In this document: in pieces, positions 21,534-34,967 of the stretch | How positions within the stretch are numbered: the first letter of the stretch is position 1 | How the letters are laid out: each line of letters opens with the position of its first letter | Assembly: GCA_002269645.1 (NCBI GenBank) | Contig: NIVC01001140.1 | Location: 1-48,917, forward strand | Source: Macrostomum lignano | Taxonomy: Eukaryota | Direction of reading: 5' to 3' | Length of the DNA stretch: 48,917 bases | The notes under the pieces: model-generated | What the model was told of the DNA's origin: nothing | Database searches by the model: none | The model's input: only the letters and a program-made list of their open reading frames with translations | Position numbers and translations under genes: made by a program

Positions 21534-22707
21534 TCTTTATCTCTCATTATATCTCCCTGTCTCTGATTTCATTTTTTTTATTTCATTAGTATATTTGTTT
21601 TTATGTACGATATATAAAAGTTATTAATGTATATGCAAATATTCGTATTATTATTTACACAGTATATATTTTCACAGCTTTTTGCTGACACATTCGTTAT
21701 CTATCGCTTTAAGTAGTCTGGCTAGCACAATGCTGTCGGAAAATGCTTATTCTTTTTAAAAATCCGCTGAATTAAGAGGGCCGTGGACAGCCCTAGCTTG
21801 AAGCGACTGTATCAGATTTGCCCGGTCAAATAGGGCAGCCTTTGGCACAGTGTTAGCAGTGTTCAGATTCACTCCCACTGGCGCCTGTTGCACCTGCAAA
21901 GCTCCAGACCTTTAGAACCTCGGCAGGCTGCACCCCAGCTAGCGGAGGGAGGATGCCGGCTGCCTCATCTTTTCCGATGCCCTGCCAGCATGGCAGCACT
22001 GAGGGCGCAGTCTGCAGTTGACTGGGTGGCTGAAGTCTGCATGCAGAGATTGGCAGATAAATCCAAGCTAGCTGGGCTCGCAGTGCAGCTGCTCCATTAA
22101 GAAATGATTGCATTTGAATATGGCACAGCTGCAGCATGACTTGCGGATGCCGGGATTGCTTCGCAGCCGCATCTCTATCCGGAAGGCTGAGCCGAATGCT
22201 CACAGACCGCCGGGGGCTCCCTTCTGTCCCGCACTCGCTCTCTCAGAGCAGCCCATTGTTCTGTGAATGCAGCTCGCGCCAGCGCACCTTGGGCTTGTCA
22301 CAATAATAAAACTCTGTCACAACAAGCAAAAATGGAATTTTGCGCTACGCAAATCGCACTGCGAGCTGCTCCGAATTGCATGAAATCGAGAGGCAGAGCA
22401 CCGCCCCAGTCCTGCTCGCTGCTCGGGCTGGCCCGGCTTTCCAGGCTTATTGCGCAGCTTCACCCCACCCGTACGGCCCGCTCTGCAGCACCTTCTGCCC
22501 CGGGAGGGGGTGGCGTGCAGCCCTGCGACCTCGTGCCCTCCACCCCGGGCCGCGCAATTCAAGTCGCCCTTCTTACTTCAACCAGGACGCAGTTCTGCTT
22601 GCTAAGCCCGTGCGCACTCGGCATTTTTCAGATATCACTGCGCAGCCCTCGGCACACGGCTGCCCGAAGCCAGCAGAGACAACTCGGCAGAGCTGCAACG
22701 CTGAGCG

Positions 22708-25700
22708 ATGGACAAGAAGGAGTACTGCAAGGTCACCGTGCACTGGGAGAACAAGTCTACTGGGAAAATGGACACCAGGATCCTGGTAATTAGTCCGCGA
22801 CAGTCTGAAATAAACTGCCACTGCGCGCAGACTCTTGCGCCAATCAAGCAAAGCTGCACAAAATGTCTTGTTAGCTCTGTAGCTCTAGTGGTGAAGGTGA
22901 ATGGGGCCGATTTGTGGGGTTCGTGCGCTCTTTTACACCGCCATCCAAACTGACCACTGACTCAACCGACTGATGTACGGATAAGTGTGGGGGAGTGACC
23001 AGGGCACGCATAAGTGTGCGGGAGTGACCAGGGCACGCATATAAGTGTGCGGGAGTGACCAGGGCACGCATAAGTGTGCGGGAGTGACCAGGGCACGCAT
23101 ATAAGTGTGCGGGAGTGACCAGGGCACGCATATAAGTGTGGGGGAGTGACCAGGGCACGCATATAAGTGTGCGGGAGTGACCAGGGCACGCATAAGTGTG
23201 CGGGAGTGACCAGGGCACGCATAAGTGTGCGGGAGTGACCAGGGCACGCATAAGTGTGGGGGAGTGACCAGGGCACGCATAAGTGTGCGGGAGTGACCAG
23301 GGCACGCATAAGTGTGCGGGAGTGACCAGGGCACGCATATAAGTGTGCGGGAGTGACCAGGGCACGCATAAGTGTGGGGGAGTGACCAGGGCACGCATAA
23401 GTGTGCGGGAGTGACCAGGGCACGCATATAAGTGTGCGGGAGTGACCAGGGCACGCATATAAGTGTGCGGGAGTGACCAGGGCACGCATATAAGTGTGCG
23501 GGAGTGACCAGGGCACGCATATAAGTGTGGGGGAGTGACCAGGGCACGCATATAAGTGTGCGGGAGTGACCAGGGCACGCATAAGTGTGCGGGAGTGACC
23601 AGGGCACGCATAAGTGTGGGGGAGTGACCAGGGCACGCATAAGTGTGCGGGAGTGACCAGGGCACGCATAAGTGTGCGGGAGTGACCAGGGCACGCATAA
23701 GTGTGGGGGAGTGACCAGGGCACGCATAAGTGTGGGGGAGTGACCAGGGCACGCATAAGTGTGCGGGAGTGACCAGGGCACGCATATAAGTGTGCGGGAG
23801 TGACCAGGGCACGCATATAAGTGTGGGGGAGTGACCAGGGCACGCATATAAGTGTGCGGGAGTGACCAGGGCACGCATAAGTGTGCGGGAGTGACCAGGG
23901 CACGCATAAGTGTGCGGGAGTGACCAGGGCACGCATATAAGTGTGGGGGAGTGACCAGGGCGCGCATATTAGTGTGGGGGAGTGACCAGGGCACGCATAA
24001 GTGTGCGGGAGTGACCAGGGCACGCATAAGTGTGCGGGAGTGACCAGGGCACGCATAAGTGTGAGGGAGTGACCAGGGCACGCATAAGTGTGGGGGAGTG
24101 ACCAGGGCACGCATAAGTGTGCGGGAGTGACCAGGGCACGCATATAAGTGTGGGGGAGTGACCAGGGCACGCATAAGTGTGGGGGAGTGACCAGGGCACG
24201 CATAAGTGTGCGGGAGTGACCAGGGCACGCATATAAGTGTGCGGGAGTGACCAGGGCACGCATAAGTGTGCGGGAGTGACCAGGGCACGCATAAGTGTGC
24301 GGGAGTGACCAGGGCACGCATAAGTGTGCGGGAGTGACCAGGGCACGCATATAAGTGTGGGGGAGTGACCAGGGCGCGCAAATAAGTGTGCGGGAGTGAC
24401 CAGGGCACGCATATAAGTGTGGGGGAGTGACCAGGGCGCGCATAAGAGACGGCCTATTGGAGTCAGTAGGCTCACAATCCGACACTGAAGCCAAGCATCA
24501 CGGATGCACCTCTGTGACGAAGAAATCGAAACTGCCTCTTATCCCCAGATCATGCGGTCCGATCGCATGGAGGTGGCGGTGCTGAAAGGCCAGATCCGCA
24601 CCGAGCGCTCTGTGCACTTCCTGGACATCCGCCGACTGGAAGCGGGCGGGGAGAACCGCGCCAGTCTGCAGATAAGCACCGGCGAGGTCCTGCAGTTCAT
24701 CTGCACTCTCGAGGCCGACCTCATCAAGCTGGTTTCGCATCTGGTGGCCAGCCTGCAGTTTCACCTGCCGCAGCTGCGCACCACACAGCAGCAGCTCTTG
24801 GATCTGCGGCTGCCAAAGTCGTGGGACCTGGAGTCCTTGGTAGAGGCCCACAAGGCGGAGCTGGGCCGGCCGGGCTCGGACAAGTGCGGCCACTTCGGCA
24901 GCGCCTACGAGTTCTTCTGTCGCTACACGGGCGCCGAGGTTCGCGAAGAGATCCGCTGGGACGTGGAGACCATCTACTTCTCGCAGGGCTCGCGCACCTT
25001 CAACATGACTGACTTTAGCCACTTCGGCCCGGCGGACTTCGCCATCATCCTGGCCTCCCTCAGCTTCAATGACTACTTCACTGCGCTCCATGTCGAGGGC
25101 ATCAAGTTTGTGAGCTCCTGGCTGTGCACAAGATCCGCATTTGTGACTCTGGGTTGCCTGGCCCTTGGATCTCCGAACCAATCAGATGTCCTTGGGCTCA
25201 CTGGGTCAGCGTGGTCCTTGGTTAGGCTTCCGAACCAATCAGATGTCCTTGGGCTCGCTGGGTCAGCGTGGGCCTTGGTTAGGCTTCCGAACCAATCAGA
25301 TGTCCTTGGGCTCGCTGGGTCAGCGTGGGCCTTGGTTAGGCTTCCGAACCAATCAGATGTCCTTGGGCTCGCTGAGTCAGACTTGTGGTTTGCTGCAGAC
25401 GTACTAAAAGTAGTATTGATATACTTCAAATAGAAAACACTACGAGTCTCGTATCCGTACAAGTTAATTCGGGAGCTTTAAGCTTCAGGTGGCTTCAGAG
25501 TTTAGGTGGGGGCTAAATTTCATCCATCGGTACATCGAACTCAAAACTTCTCACGAATCATTTGTCCCTTCCAGACAGCTCAGATGAGCAAGTTCCTGGA
25601 GATGATGCTGACTTACAACACAACGCTGCTGGAATTGCACCTGCCCAACTGCGGCCTAAAAATGTGAGTAGCTATCACTGCTTCTCACCCTGCTCTCTGC

Positions 25701-28700
25701 ATTTAATCCCAGCTTTCACATCTCCCAACTCCGCCACAGAGACTCGGTGCGGGCGATTGCCTCAGCGTTGGACGCCAACAGCGGGTTCCGCATCAAGGTG
25801 CTCGACCTGTCCGGCAACACCTTCAGCGACGATAAAAGTAAATTGAAAAGGGCTGCTGTCCTGCTACCCCTGGAGTCCCCTTCTCAGGCTTAGCGCTGTT
25901 TGCCATGCACTCACTCCGGGTGTCACGTCACTCACTTTGGGCGTTACTCACTCCCTCCGGGTGCCACTCACGCACTCACTGTGAGGCGTTACTTACTCAC
26001 TCTGGGCGTCACTTACTCACTCTGGGCGTCACTCACTCACTCTGGGCGTCACTCATTCACTCTGGCCGTCACTCACTCACTCCAGGTGCCACTCATTCAC
26101 TCTGGGCGTCACTTACTCACTATGGGCGTCACTCACTCACTCTGGGCGTCACTCACTCACTCTGGGCGTCACTTACTCACTCTGGGCGTGACTTACTCAC
26201 TCTGAGCGTCACTCACTCACTCTGGGCGTGACTTACTCACTCTGGGCGTCACTCACTCACTTTGGGCGTCACTCACTCACTCTGGGCGTCAATCACTGAC
26301 TCTGGGCGTCACTCACTCACTCTGGGCATCACTCACTCACTCTGGGCGTCACTCACTCACTCCTGGTGCCACTCACTCATTCCCTTATTTCCCTGAAAAA
26401 CCGCCGGTCCTCAGCTAAAGTTCAAATGCCAGCAGCCTCATCCCCTTTTCATTGAAGTCGTGGACCGGCTGTGCGCCCTGCTGTCTCGGCTCAGCAGCAG
26501 TCTGGAGCGGCTGGTCTTGAGCGGCTGCGGCCTCTCCGCCAAGGCGTTGAACCGCGTCTGCGAAGCCCTCGGCGGCGGTCAGCAGGGCCTCCCGGGCCCG
26601 CCGCCTCTCAGCCACCTGGTCATCGATTGCAACGAGCAGAAGGGGGAGAATTCAACAGTGAGTGGAGCCCGGAAACTGAGCATGCTTGACTGGAGTATAA
26701 ACTCATAAATTTCACATGTTCTGGAGCAACTGCTTTGACCTTCTGTGAATCCTTTTAATGCCTGAGACACCAGCTATCTACCTGCTTGTTCAACTGTCTA
26801 CCACTCTCCCATCAGACTGCTCATCTGCAACCCACTAAGCCGCTCTCCCATCCAGACTGCCCATCTGCACCCCACTCTGCCGCTCTCCCATCAGACTGCC
26901 CATCTGCACCCCACTCTGCCGCTCTCCCATCAGACTGCCCATCTGCACCCCACTCTGCCGCTCTCCGATCAGACTGCCCATCTGCACCCCACTCTGCCGC
27001 TCTCCGATCAGACTGCCCATCTGCACCCCACTCTGCCGCTCTCCGATCAGACTGCCCATCTGCACCCCACTCTGCCGCTCTCCGATCAGACTGCCCATCT
27101 GCACCCCACTCTGCCGCTCTCCCATCGGACTGCCCATCTGCACCCCACTCTGCCGCTCTCCCATCAGACTGCCTATCTAAGCCAGCCACTGGCCCACCTG
27201 CCCCCTACCAGCAACGAGCTTCCATTGTGCAGATGCTGAAGACGCGTGGGTTCTGCAGCGAAGTGAGTGAGGGGCCGCTCAGCCAGCTCTGGCACCGCGA
27301 ACTTGCATGCGGGCTCTGATTCAAGGCTGCAGTGCCTTACAGAAAATTCCAGTAACAGCCTCGAAACTGGCTATTTGTAGTAGTGCAGAATGGAGTTGCA
27401 GATCTCTATCAGTAAAGCCAAACGCATGACTGCTTTGGGATGCAGCGGGCAATAATCAATGGGATATTGTTTTATCTGTTCTCTGTTTCTACTGAGGCCA
27501 AAACGCGGCAGCTCGAACCGACCCCCTCCGTTTGCAGCTCATACAAAAGTACATTTCCAAGGCCACCAACCTGGAGCATCTCAGCTGCGTGGGCTGCGAC
27601 TTCAACCTGGACTCGGTGAGCACCCAGTATCAGCTGCTTGGCGAACTTGGTCAGTTCTGACTGAGCCCGCTTGGCTGCTCTAACCAAACTCGCTGCCCCT
27701 TCCACAGTTCGCCCCAGCCTTCCTGCGCGGACTGACCCAGTGCGTGACCCACCTTGACCTGAGCGGCAACCCCTTCTGGAACCCACGCCGCGGCTCCCGG
27801 CCCAAGGACGCACCGTCCCTCAGCAAGGACTGGGGCCAGCTCTTCTCCCGCTGCCTGCGCCTCCGGCTTCTCCGCCTCAACTCCTGCCGACTGCCGCCTC
27901 AGGCCATCTCCGACCTGCTCAGCGGCCTCGGCTCCAACAAGGATCTGAAAGGAGTTCGGCTGGAACTCGCCTCGAATGAGTTCGGAGTGGCCGGAGCCCA
28001 TGTGCTTTGCAGCTGCCTCAACAGCTGCTCTATCAGCTGCCTCGAGGCCCTGGATCTTAGCGATAATGGTGCGGTGCTAATCTGATAATGCATGTCGCTG
28101 TCCTGTTGCTGCTCTGTTGCTGCCCTGTTGCTGTCCTGTTGCTGCCCTGTTGCTGCCCTGTTGCTGCCCCGTTGCTGTCCTGTTGCTGCCCTGTAGCTTC
28201 TCTGTACCAAGTCATTTCATTACGCACACAGCTGTCTAACAGCGGAAGATGCATTTTAACTTTCCAGCATTCGACTCCGAGCTGAACCGAGTTGTGGAGG
28301 CAGTTTGCCGATCCTCCATCCGACACCTGTCAATTGGCGGGAACAACTTTAGGGCCAAGTAAGTGCAGTGCAAACGCCCATGATGGATGGCGGCACAATC
28401 TTTCCTGCCGGGAATAAGGACTCACTCCGCACTTTCAATTTCAGGGACGTCAATCTGGATGAGTTCTCCGAATTGGTCACGGATTCCAAGTGTGTAAGTA
28501 CTCTTCTTAGTCAGTCAGTCAGTCAGTCAGTCAGTCAGTCAGTCAGTCAGTCAGTCAGTCAGTCAGTCAGTCAGTCAGTCAGTCAGTCAGTCAGTCAGTC
28601 AGTCAGTCAGTCAGTCAGTCAGTCAGTCAGTCAGTCAGTCAGTCAGTCAGTCAGTCAGTCAGTCAGTCAGTCAGTCAGTCAGTCAGTCAGTCAGTCAGTC

Positions 28701-31700
28701 AGTCAGTCAGTCAGTCAGTCAGTCAGTCAGTCAGTCAGTCAGTCAGTCAGTCAGTCAGTCAGTCAGTCAGTCAGTCAGTCAGTCAGTCAGTCAGTCAGTC
28801 AGTCAGTCAGTCAGTCAGTCAGTCAGTCAGTCAGTCAGTCAGTCAGTCAGTCAGTCAGTCAGTCAGTCAGTCAGTCAGTCAGTCAGCCGCTCCTCAATTC
28901 CAGACCCTCGAGTCGCTATCCCTGCGAGACTCCCGCCTGCGCGACAAGATCGTGGTGCTCCTAAATGCCATCGGCCAGTGCCGCAACCTCAGCAAGCTGG
29001 ACATCAGTGGCAACTGGATGCAGGACCTGGGCGCGAAGTTCCTGGCCAAGAGCCTTTACCTGAATTCCAGCCTGACGGAGGTGCGGCTGGACGACAACCA
29101 CATCGGACTCTCTGGCCTGAGGGACATCACGGAGGCGCTGCAGTTCAACTCCAGCCTGTGCAGCATGCCGGTGCCGGCCATGGACATCGCCCGCATTCTG
29201 GCCGACCCCAGTGCCGCGAGCTCCGTGAACGCCGCGCTGGCCAGCCTGCAGCAGGCTCTGCTGAAGAACCACTCGGCCACCTACCAGGTCACCGGCCGAG
29301 ACTACCGCCTGCAGTCCGAGCTGGGCAGCTACGCCTTCAGCCTCGACCACCTGGCCAGCCGGCTCGACCACAGTCTCAAGGCCATCGACAAGTCCGATCC
29401 GGACCCGGAAGTGGCCGAGTGCGAGCAGCGCTGTCGGGCAGCCATGCGGGACGCGCTGTCCGCCCGCTACCTGCTGACCGGCCTGTCTGGGGTAGCTGAT
29501 TCTTGGCCGGCCGAGTCCATTAGCCACTGCGTCCGCAAGCAGCTGGCGCAGCCGCTGCTGGACGCCGCCTCGGCTGACCTGGGCGGCACTCAGGAGGCGA
29601 TGCTGCAGTTCCTGGAGGCGGAGTGCCCGAACGCCTTCAAGGCGGACCCAAGCCTGGCCGCGACGCTGCGTAACCGCCTCGCGTCGGAGCAGAGCCAGTT
29701 CTCCGCGGCCTCCGTGCTCACCCTTCTCGAGCGGTCGGCCATGGCCAGCGTGGCCAGCAAGTTGACGTGAGAAGCCCTTGGCCGCTCAGTGCAGTTTTAG
29801 GCTAAAGTAGAAGGAACACAGAAGTTGCGGTGTTGCAATTTTGCTTTAAATTTGCTTTTGAAAGATAGAAAATGGGTATCTTTATGCACTTAATAGAGGA
29901 CGGCTATCACAACGATCACATGAAGTTGGAACGTGCTTGGTCCAAGTTGCTACTGAAGTTTATCGACTTAAAGTCAACAAAAGTGCTGCTGGAAACGGTC
30001 AAGCACAGACAAATGGAACAAAGTTGCCGTTCATCCTCTATCGCTTTACTGTATCGTGTATAGAAGCATTTTTTTCGTCCCAAGACTTTCCGCGTTATTT
30101 ATCCGTGTTGATGCAATCCCATGCAATCAAATGAATTCCTGTGGAACGCGAGCGTTACCTCCTGTTTCGCATAAGTGGTCCCTGCTGAAGCACTGCCGCC
30201 AGTCCCAGGTGTTTGCAGGCAAGACAAAGACCACTGTCAGAAAGGAATGGACGAGCTATTGGGCCCGGGTGTCTTCACAATGTTTTCTACTTAAAGAGTT
30301 TAGAAGCAATACTAGACTGGAGACTCAAAAACTTCAAACTAAGTTTGTCATTCTCCTCACCTCTATGTATTTTCTCAAGCCTCAGTCAGCTTCCTCCTGC
30401 CCCAACCCGCCGCCTGCAGAGCTCTGCAGCTCAACAGTGCGCTGCTCATCAATGACTGCATGCAGGAGGCCATTGGGCACAACTTGCAGATGGCGGAGCA
30501 GACTCTGGTGAGACCTGCCTGTTAATATTGCCAGTCCGGCCCTGCTTAGATTTATAGTTGGTTGTAGCGCTCCGATGGTGCAGCAGTGAAATTCAAGAGC
30601 CCCGCAACGCCCCGCAGAGCAAGCTGATGCGCTCAAAGATGCTCAAGCCGAACCTACGCCGCAACGAGTCCCAGAAGACGTCGGAGAGCGACGCCGCCGA
30701 CTCGCAGTCGCCGAAGACGCCGGAGCCGCAGTCGCTCCACAACGACGGCCGACGCAACACGCGGCCGATCTCCGTCTTTGGCAAGAAGGGGTCCGCCAAG
30801 ATAACGGAGCTCATCGAAATCAGCGTCGACGAAGGCAAGGCTGACGGCTCCGATGCAGATAAACAGCGGTCACTGCAGGCGCTGCCCCGCCGGCCGGTCG
30901 GGAACCAAAACCGCCGGCTACCCACCTCAAACCTGCTGCGCCAGCGGCAGTCGGAGGAGGCGAAGGAAAAGGAGGACAGCGAGCCAGAGCCGGACGAAGA
31001 GATCGACGTGGATCTCGAGGCTGATCCCGTGTTTGAGCAGCGCGACGCGGACGAGCCGAAGCAGCCGCCGCCTGCGGCAGCTACTCAAGGGGCCGCTCGG
31101 AAACTGCCGGTGGGAGCCGTGCCGCTCATGGGCTTCGGCGCGCCGCCGCCGCATGTGCAGCAGAAACTGCTCGCTAGGCCAGAGGAAGAGAGCAGCGCGG
31201 CCTCCTCACCCTCGACGCCACCAGCTCGGGTCCGTCTGCTGCCGGCAGGCAGCACCCCGATGGCCATCAGCAAGGACGACCTCGCCAAATCCGTCCTGCG
31301 CAAAGCTGAAAGTGAGCAGCAGCCGCCGCCTGCGACGGCTCCGAAACCGAAGCCGAAGACGGGCACCAAGCCACCCGCTTCAAACGGTAGGAGACACTGT
31401 TGGGTGACCATGGCGGTTGGCTGGGTGGGAAGGCACACTGACCAAGCAGCTGGTACCAATCAATCAGTCACACTGAACAAGCAGCTGGTACCAATCAATC
31501 AGTCACACTGACCAAGCAGCTGGTACCAATCAATCAGTCACACTGACCAAGCAGCTGGTACCAATCATCAACAAGTCACACTGACCAAGCAGCAGGCACC
31601 AATCATCAACAAGTCACACTGACCAAGCAGCAGGCACCAATCATCAACAAGTCACATGACCAAGCAGCAGGCACCAATCATCAACAAGTCACACTGACCA

Positions 31701-32452
31701 AGCAGCTGGTACCAATCAATCAGTCACACTGACCAAGCAGCTGGTACCAATCATCAACAAGTCACATGACCAAGCAGCTGGTACCAATCATCAACAAGTC
31801 ACATGACCAAGCAGCTGGTACCAATCATCAACAAGTCACACTGACCAAGCAGCTGGTACCAATCATCAACAAGTCACATGACCAAGCAGCTGGTACCAAT
31901 CATCAACAAGTCACACTGACCAAGCAGCAGGCACCAATCATCAACAAGTCACACTGACCAAGCAGCAGGCACCAATCATCAACAAGTCACATGACCAAGC
32001 AGCAGGCACCAATCATCAACAAGTCACACTGACCAAGCAGCTGGTACCAATCAATCAGTCACACTGATCAAGCAGCTGGTACCAATCATCAACAAGTCAC
32101 ACTGACCAAGCAGCAGGCACCAATCATCAACAAGTCACACTGACCAAGCAGCAGGCACCAATCATCAACAAGTCACATGACCAAGCAGCAGGCACCAATC
32201 ATCAACAAGTCACACTGACCAAGCAGCTGGTACCAATCAATCAGTCACACTGACCAAGCAGCTGGTACCAATTAACCAGTCACATCAAAAGACAAACAAT
32301 GAAACCGGTACCTTACCGCAGACTCGGGCACCGCGGCACCAGCAGCGCGGACCTCGGTGATCATTGATGGCAAGTCATCGCCGCGATTGGAGGAGCATGA
32401 TGACCGGAAGCTGAAGTCTCTGCCCACCGAAAAATCTAAATCCAAGCCATGA
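22708..32452 (+). CDS. CARMIL: CARMIL / LRRC16 (PH-like domain, LRRs, helical dimerisation region, proline-rich tail); 13 exons, ~1171 aa
   Basis: Exons 22708-22785, 24549-25109, 25575-25663, 25740-25837, 26458-26657, 27538-27615, 27708-28068, 28268-28358, 28445-28493, 28904-29766, 30420-30507, 30558-31386, 32322-32452. All phases are compatible (3516 nt). EEIRWDVETIYFSQGSRTFNMTDFSH and LSKLDISGNWMQDLGAKFLAKSL match CARMIL as recalled. The first exon and the 30558 acceptor are less certain. Confidence 0.88.
22978..24445. repeat. CARMIL intron 1 minisatellite, 29/31 bp unit (ataagtgtgcgggagtgaccagggcacgc[at])
   Basis: About 48 copies by inspection. Confidence 0.97.
25165..25380. repeat. Intronic 57 bp tandem repeat
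   Basis: Three to four copies; visible as a 19-aa repeat in the ORF track. Confidence 0.9.
25985..26385. repeat. Intronic 20 bp tandem repeat (tctgggcgtcactcactcac)
   Basis: Direct inspection. Confidence 0.92.
26822..27175. repeat. Intronic 39 bp tandem repeat
   Basis: Period 39, about 9 copies. Confidence 0.93.
28509..28886. repeat. (AGTC)n microsatellite
   Basis: Perfect tetranucleotide run of about 94 units inside a CARMIL intron. Confidence 0.99.
31436..32283. repeat. Intronic ~35-39 bp tandem repeat (actgaccaagcagctggtaccaatcatcaacaagtcac)
   Basis: Direct inspection; last CARMIL intron. Confidence 0.93.
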
Positions 32453-32779
32453 GAGCCTGTGTACCGCTAAGAAGTACTTTTTATCTATTTAATCAGCATA
32501 TTCAGAGTCCTGACTCAATCACCAATCTTTTATCAGAGTGAAAAAAACTTCACTTTTCAGGCTTTTTGACAAATTTCGCCAAATTTCTGCACATTTATCC
32601 TCTTTTTCTGCTCCCCCCCCGAATGCACGCTGAGACGACTTTGAGTCGCTCCTCACTGGTTCTGACTTTCTGCGCTGCCTCCCCTCAGTGCCGCACCCCA
32701 TTATATTAAGTATTTTCTGTGATTAGTTCGTGATTATTCTAGACTTTTAGCTCAGCACAGAAGCATGCGACAGCTGAAC

Positions 32780-34310
32780 AATGATTGAGTGTCTATAGAA
32801 CAGTGATTGAGTGTCTATAGAACAGTGATTGAGTGTCTATAGAACAGTGATTGAGTGTCTATAGAACAGTGATTGAGTGTCTATAGAACAGTGATTGAGT
32901 GTCTACAGAACAATGATTGGGGGTCTATAGAACAGTGACTGAGTGTCTATAGAACAGTGAATGAGTGTCTATAGAACAGTGATCGAGAGTCTATTGAACA
33001 GTGATTGAGTGTCTATAGACCAGTGATTGAGTGTCTATTGAACAGTGATTGAGTGTCTATAGAACAGTGATTGAGGGTCTATAGACCAGTGATTGAGTGT
33101 CTATAGAACACTGATTGTCTATAGAACAGTGATTGAGTGTCTATAGACCAGTGATTGAGTGTCTATAGAACAGTGATTGTCTATAGAACAGTGATTGAGT
33201 GTCTATAGAACAGTGATTGAGTGTCTATAGAACAGTGATTGAGTGTCTATAGAACAGTGATTGAGTGTCTATAGAACAGTGATTGAGTGTCTATAGAACA
33301 GTGATTGAGTGTCTATAGAACAGTGATTGAGTGTCTATAGAACAGTGATTGAGTGTCTATAGAACAGTGATTGAGTGTCTATAGAACAGTGATTGAGGGT
33401 CGATAGAACAGTGATTGAGTGTCTATTGAACAGTGATTGAGTGTCTATAGAACAGTGATTGAGTGTCTATAGACCAGTGATTGAGTGTCTATAGAACAGT
33501 GATTGAGTGTCTATAGAACAGTGATTGAGGGTCGATAGAACAGTGATTGAGTGTCTATAGAACAGTGATTGAGTGTCTATAGAACAGTGATTGAGTGTCT
33601 ATAGAACAGTGATTGAGTGTCTATAGAACAGTGATTGAGTGTCTATAGAACAGTGATTGAGTGTCTATAGAACAGTGATTGAGTGTCTATAGAACAGTGA
33701 TTGAGTGTCTATAGAACAGTGATTGAGGGTCGATAGAACAGTGATTGAGTGTCTATAGAACAGTGATTGAGTGTCTATAGAACAGTGATTGAGTGTCTAT
33801 AGAACAGTGATTGAGTGTCTATAGACCAGTGATTGAGTGTCTATAGAACAGTGATTGAGGGTCGATAGAACAGTGATTGAGTGTCTATAGAACAGTGATT
33901 GTCTATAGAACAGTGATTGAGTGTCTATAGACCAGTGATTGAGTGTCTATAGAACAGTGATTGTCTATAGAACAGTGATTGAGTGTCTATAGAACAGTGA
34001 TTGAGTGTCTATAGAACAGTGATTGAGTGTCTATAGAACAGTGATTGAGTGTCTATAGAACAGTGATTGAGTGTCTATAGAACAGTGATTGAGTGTCTAT
34101 AGAACAGTGATTGAGGGTCGATAGAACAGTGATTGAGTGTCTATTGAACAGTGATTGAGTGTCTATAGACCAGTGATTGAGGGTCGATAGAACAGTGATT
34201 GAGTGTCTATTGAACAGTGATTGAGTGTCTATAGAACAGTGATTGAGTGTCTATGGAACAGTGATTGAGGGTCTATAGAACAGTTATTGAGTGTCTATAG
34301 AACAGTGATC
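32780..34310. repeat. Intergenic 22 bp minisatellite (gtctatagaacagtgattgagt)
   Basis: About 70 copies. Confidence 0.97.
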
Positions 34311-34967
34311 AAATGTAATCTATATGGAATGATAGAACACTAGGGTTTGCGTGACCGAATGCTAAGCAATGGCTGAGGGTCCAACAAATTTCCATGCCCC
34401 TCAGGCAAGCTGCCATATCGGATTGTCAATAAATCATTGTGCTTTAATCATGAATTCCTCCATATTTGCGATCGAGCTCCTGCCGTGATTTGAGGCAAGT
34501 ACTCGTAAAATTGTTTGCCGTCCGGCCTAAATTCTTTATTGCAATGCGGATCAGAAAACACAGCGTACCGATGCAATCAGCGATGCTGTTGGATGCAGTT
34601 GGCAGCTGGGGGGTTGCCGCTCAGGGCGCTGTGGAAATGAGCTCCATTATGGAGCGCTAAGCAGACAAATTAACTGTCGGGGAAATTGGGCCACCTGATC
34701 CAAATCTCTCAACCGTCCGAACAGCTCTCCCCCGCCCCAGCCCCAGCCCCAGCCCCCGCCCCAGCCCCAGCCCCAGCCCCAGATCCGCCACCCAATGGAA
34801 GAGCAGCAGGAGAAGAGAGGAAGAGGTTATCGAATGGAAAGTGATGAAGCTGAGGAGACTGGAAGTCTGGGTCGCTCAAAAAACCTGTCAGCCTTTGAAG
34901 CCGCGACTTTCAAAGCCGGTCCGCCTTATCCGAGCCCAGCCTCCGCAGCCCAGCAGGAGGGGCCGAC

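Noticed and set aside
22871-24494. Long minus-strand ORFs (353-510 aa) with CVPWSLPHTY repeats
   Set aside because: Produced by the 29/31-bp minisatellite in CARMIL intron 1.
28368-28964. 198-aa ORF with (SQSV)n
   Set aside because: Read-through of a CARMIL intron (AGTC)n run; the true exons are 28445-28493 and 28904 onward.
32780-34310. Regular repeat array resembling a CRISPR
   Set aside because: Head-to-tail repeats with no unique spacers, no cas genes, and a eukaryotic context; the same applies to all other arrays here.
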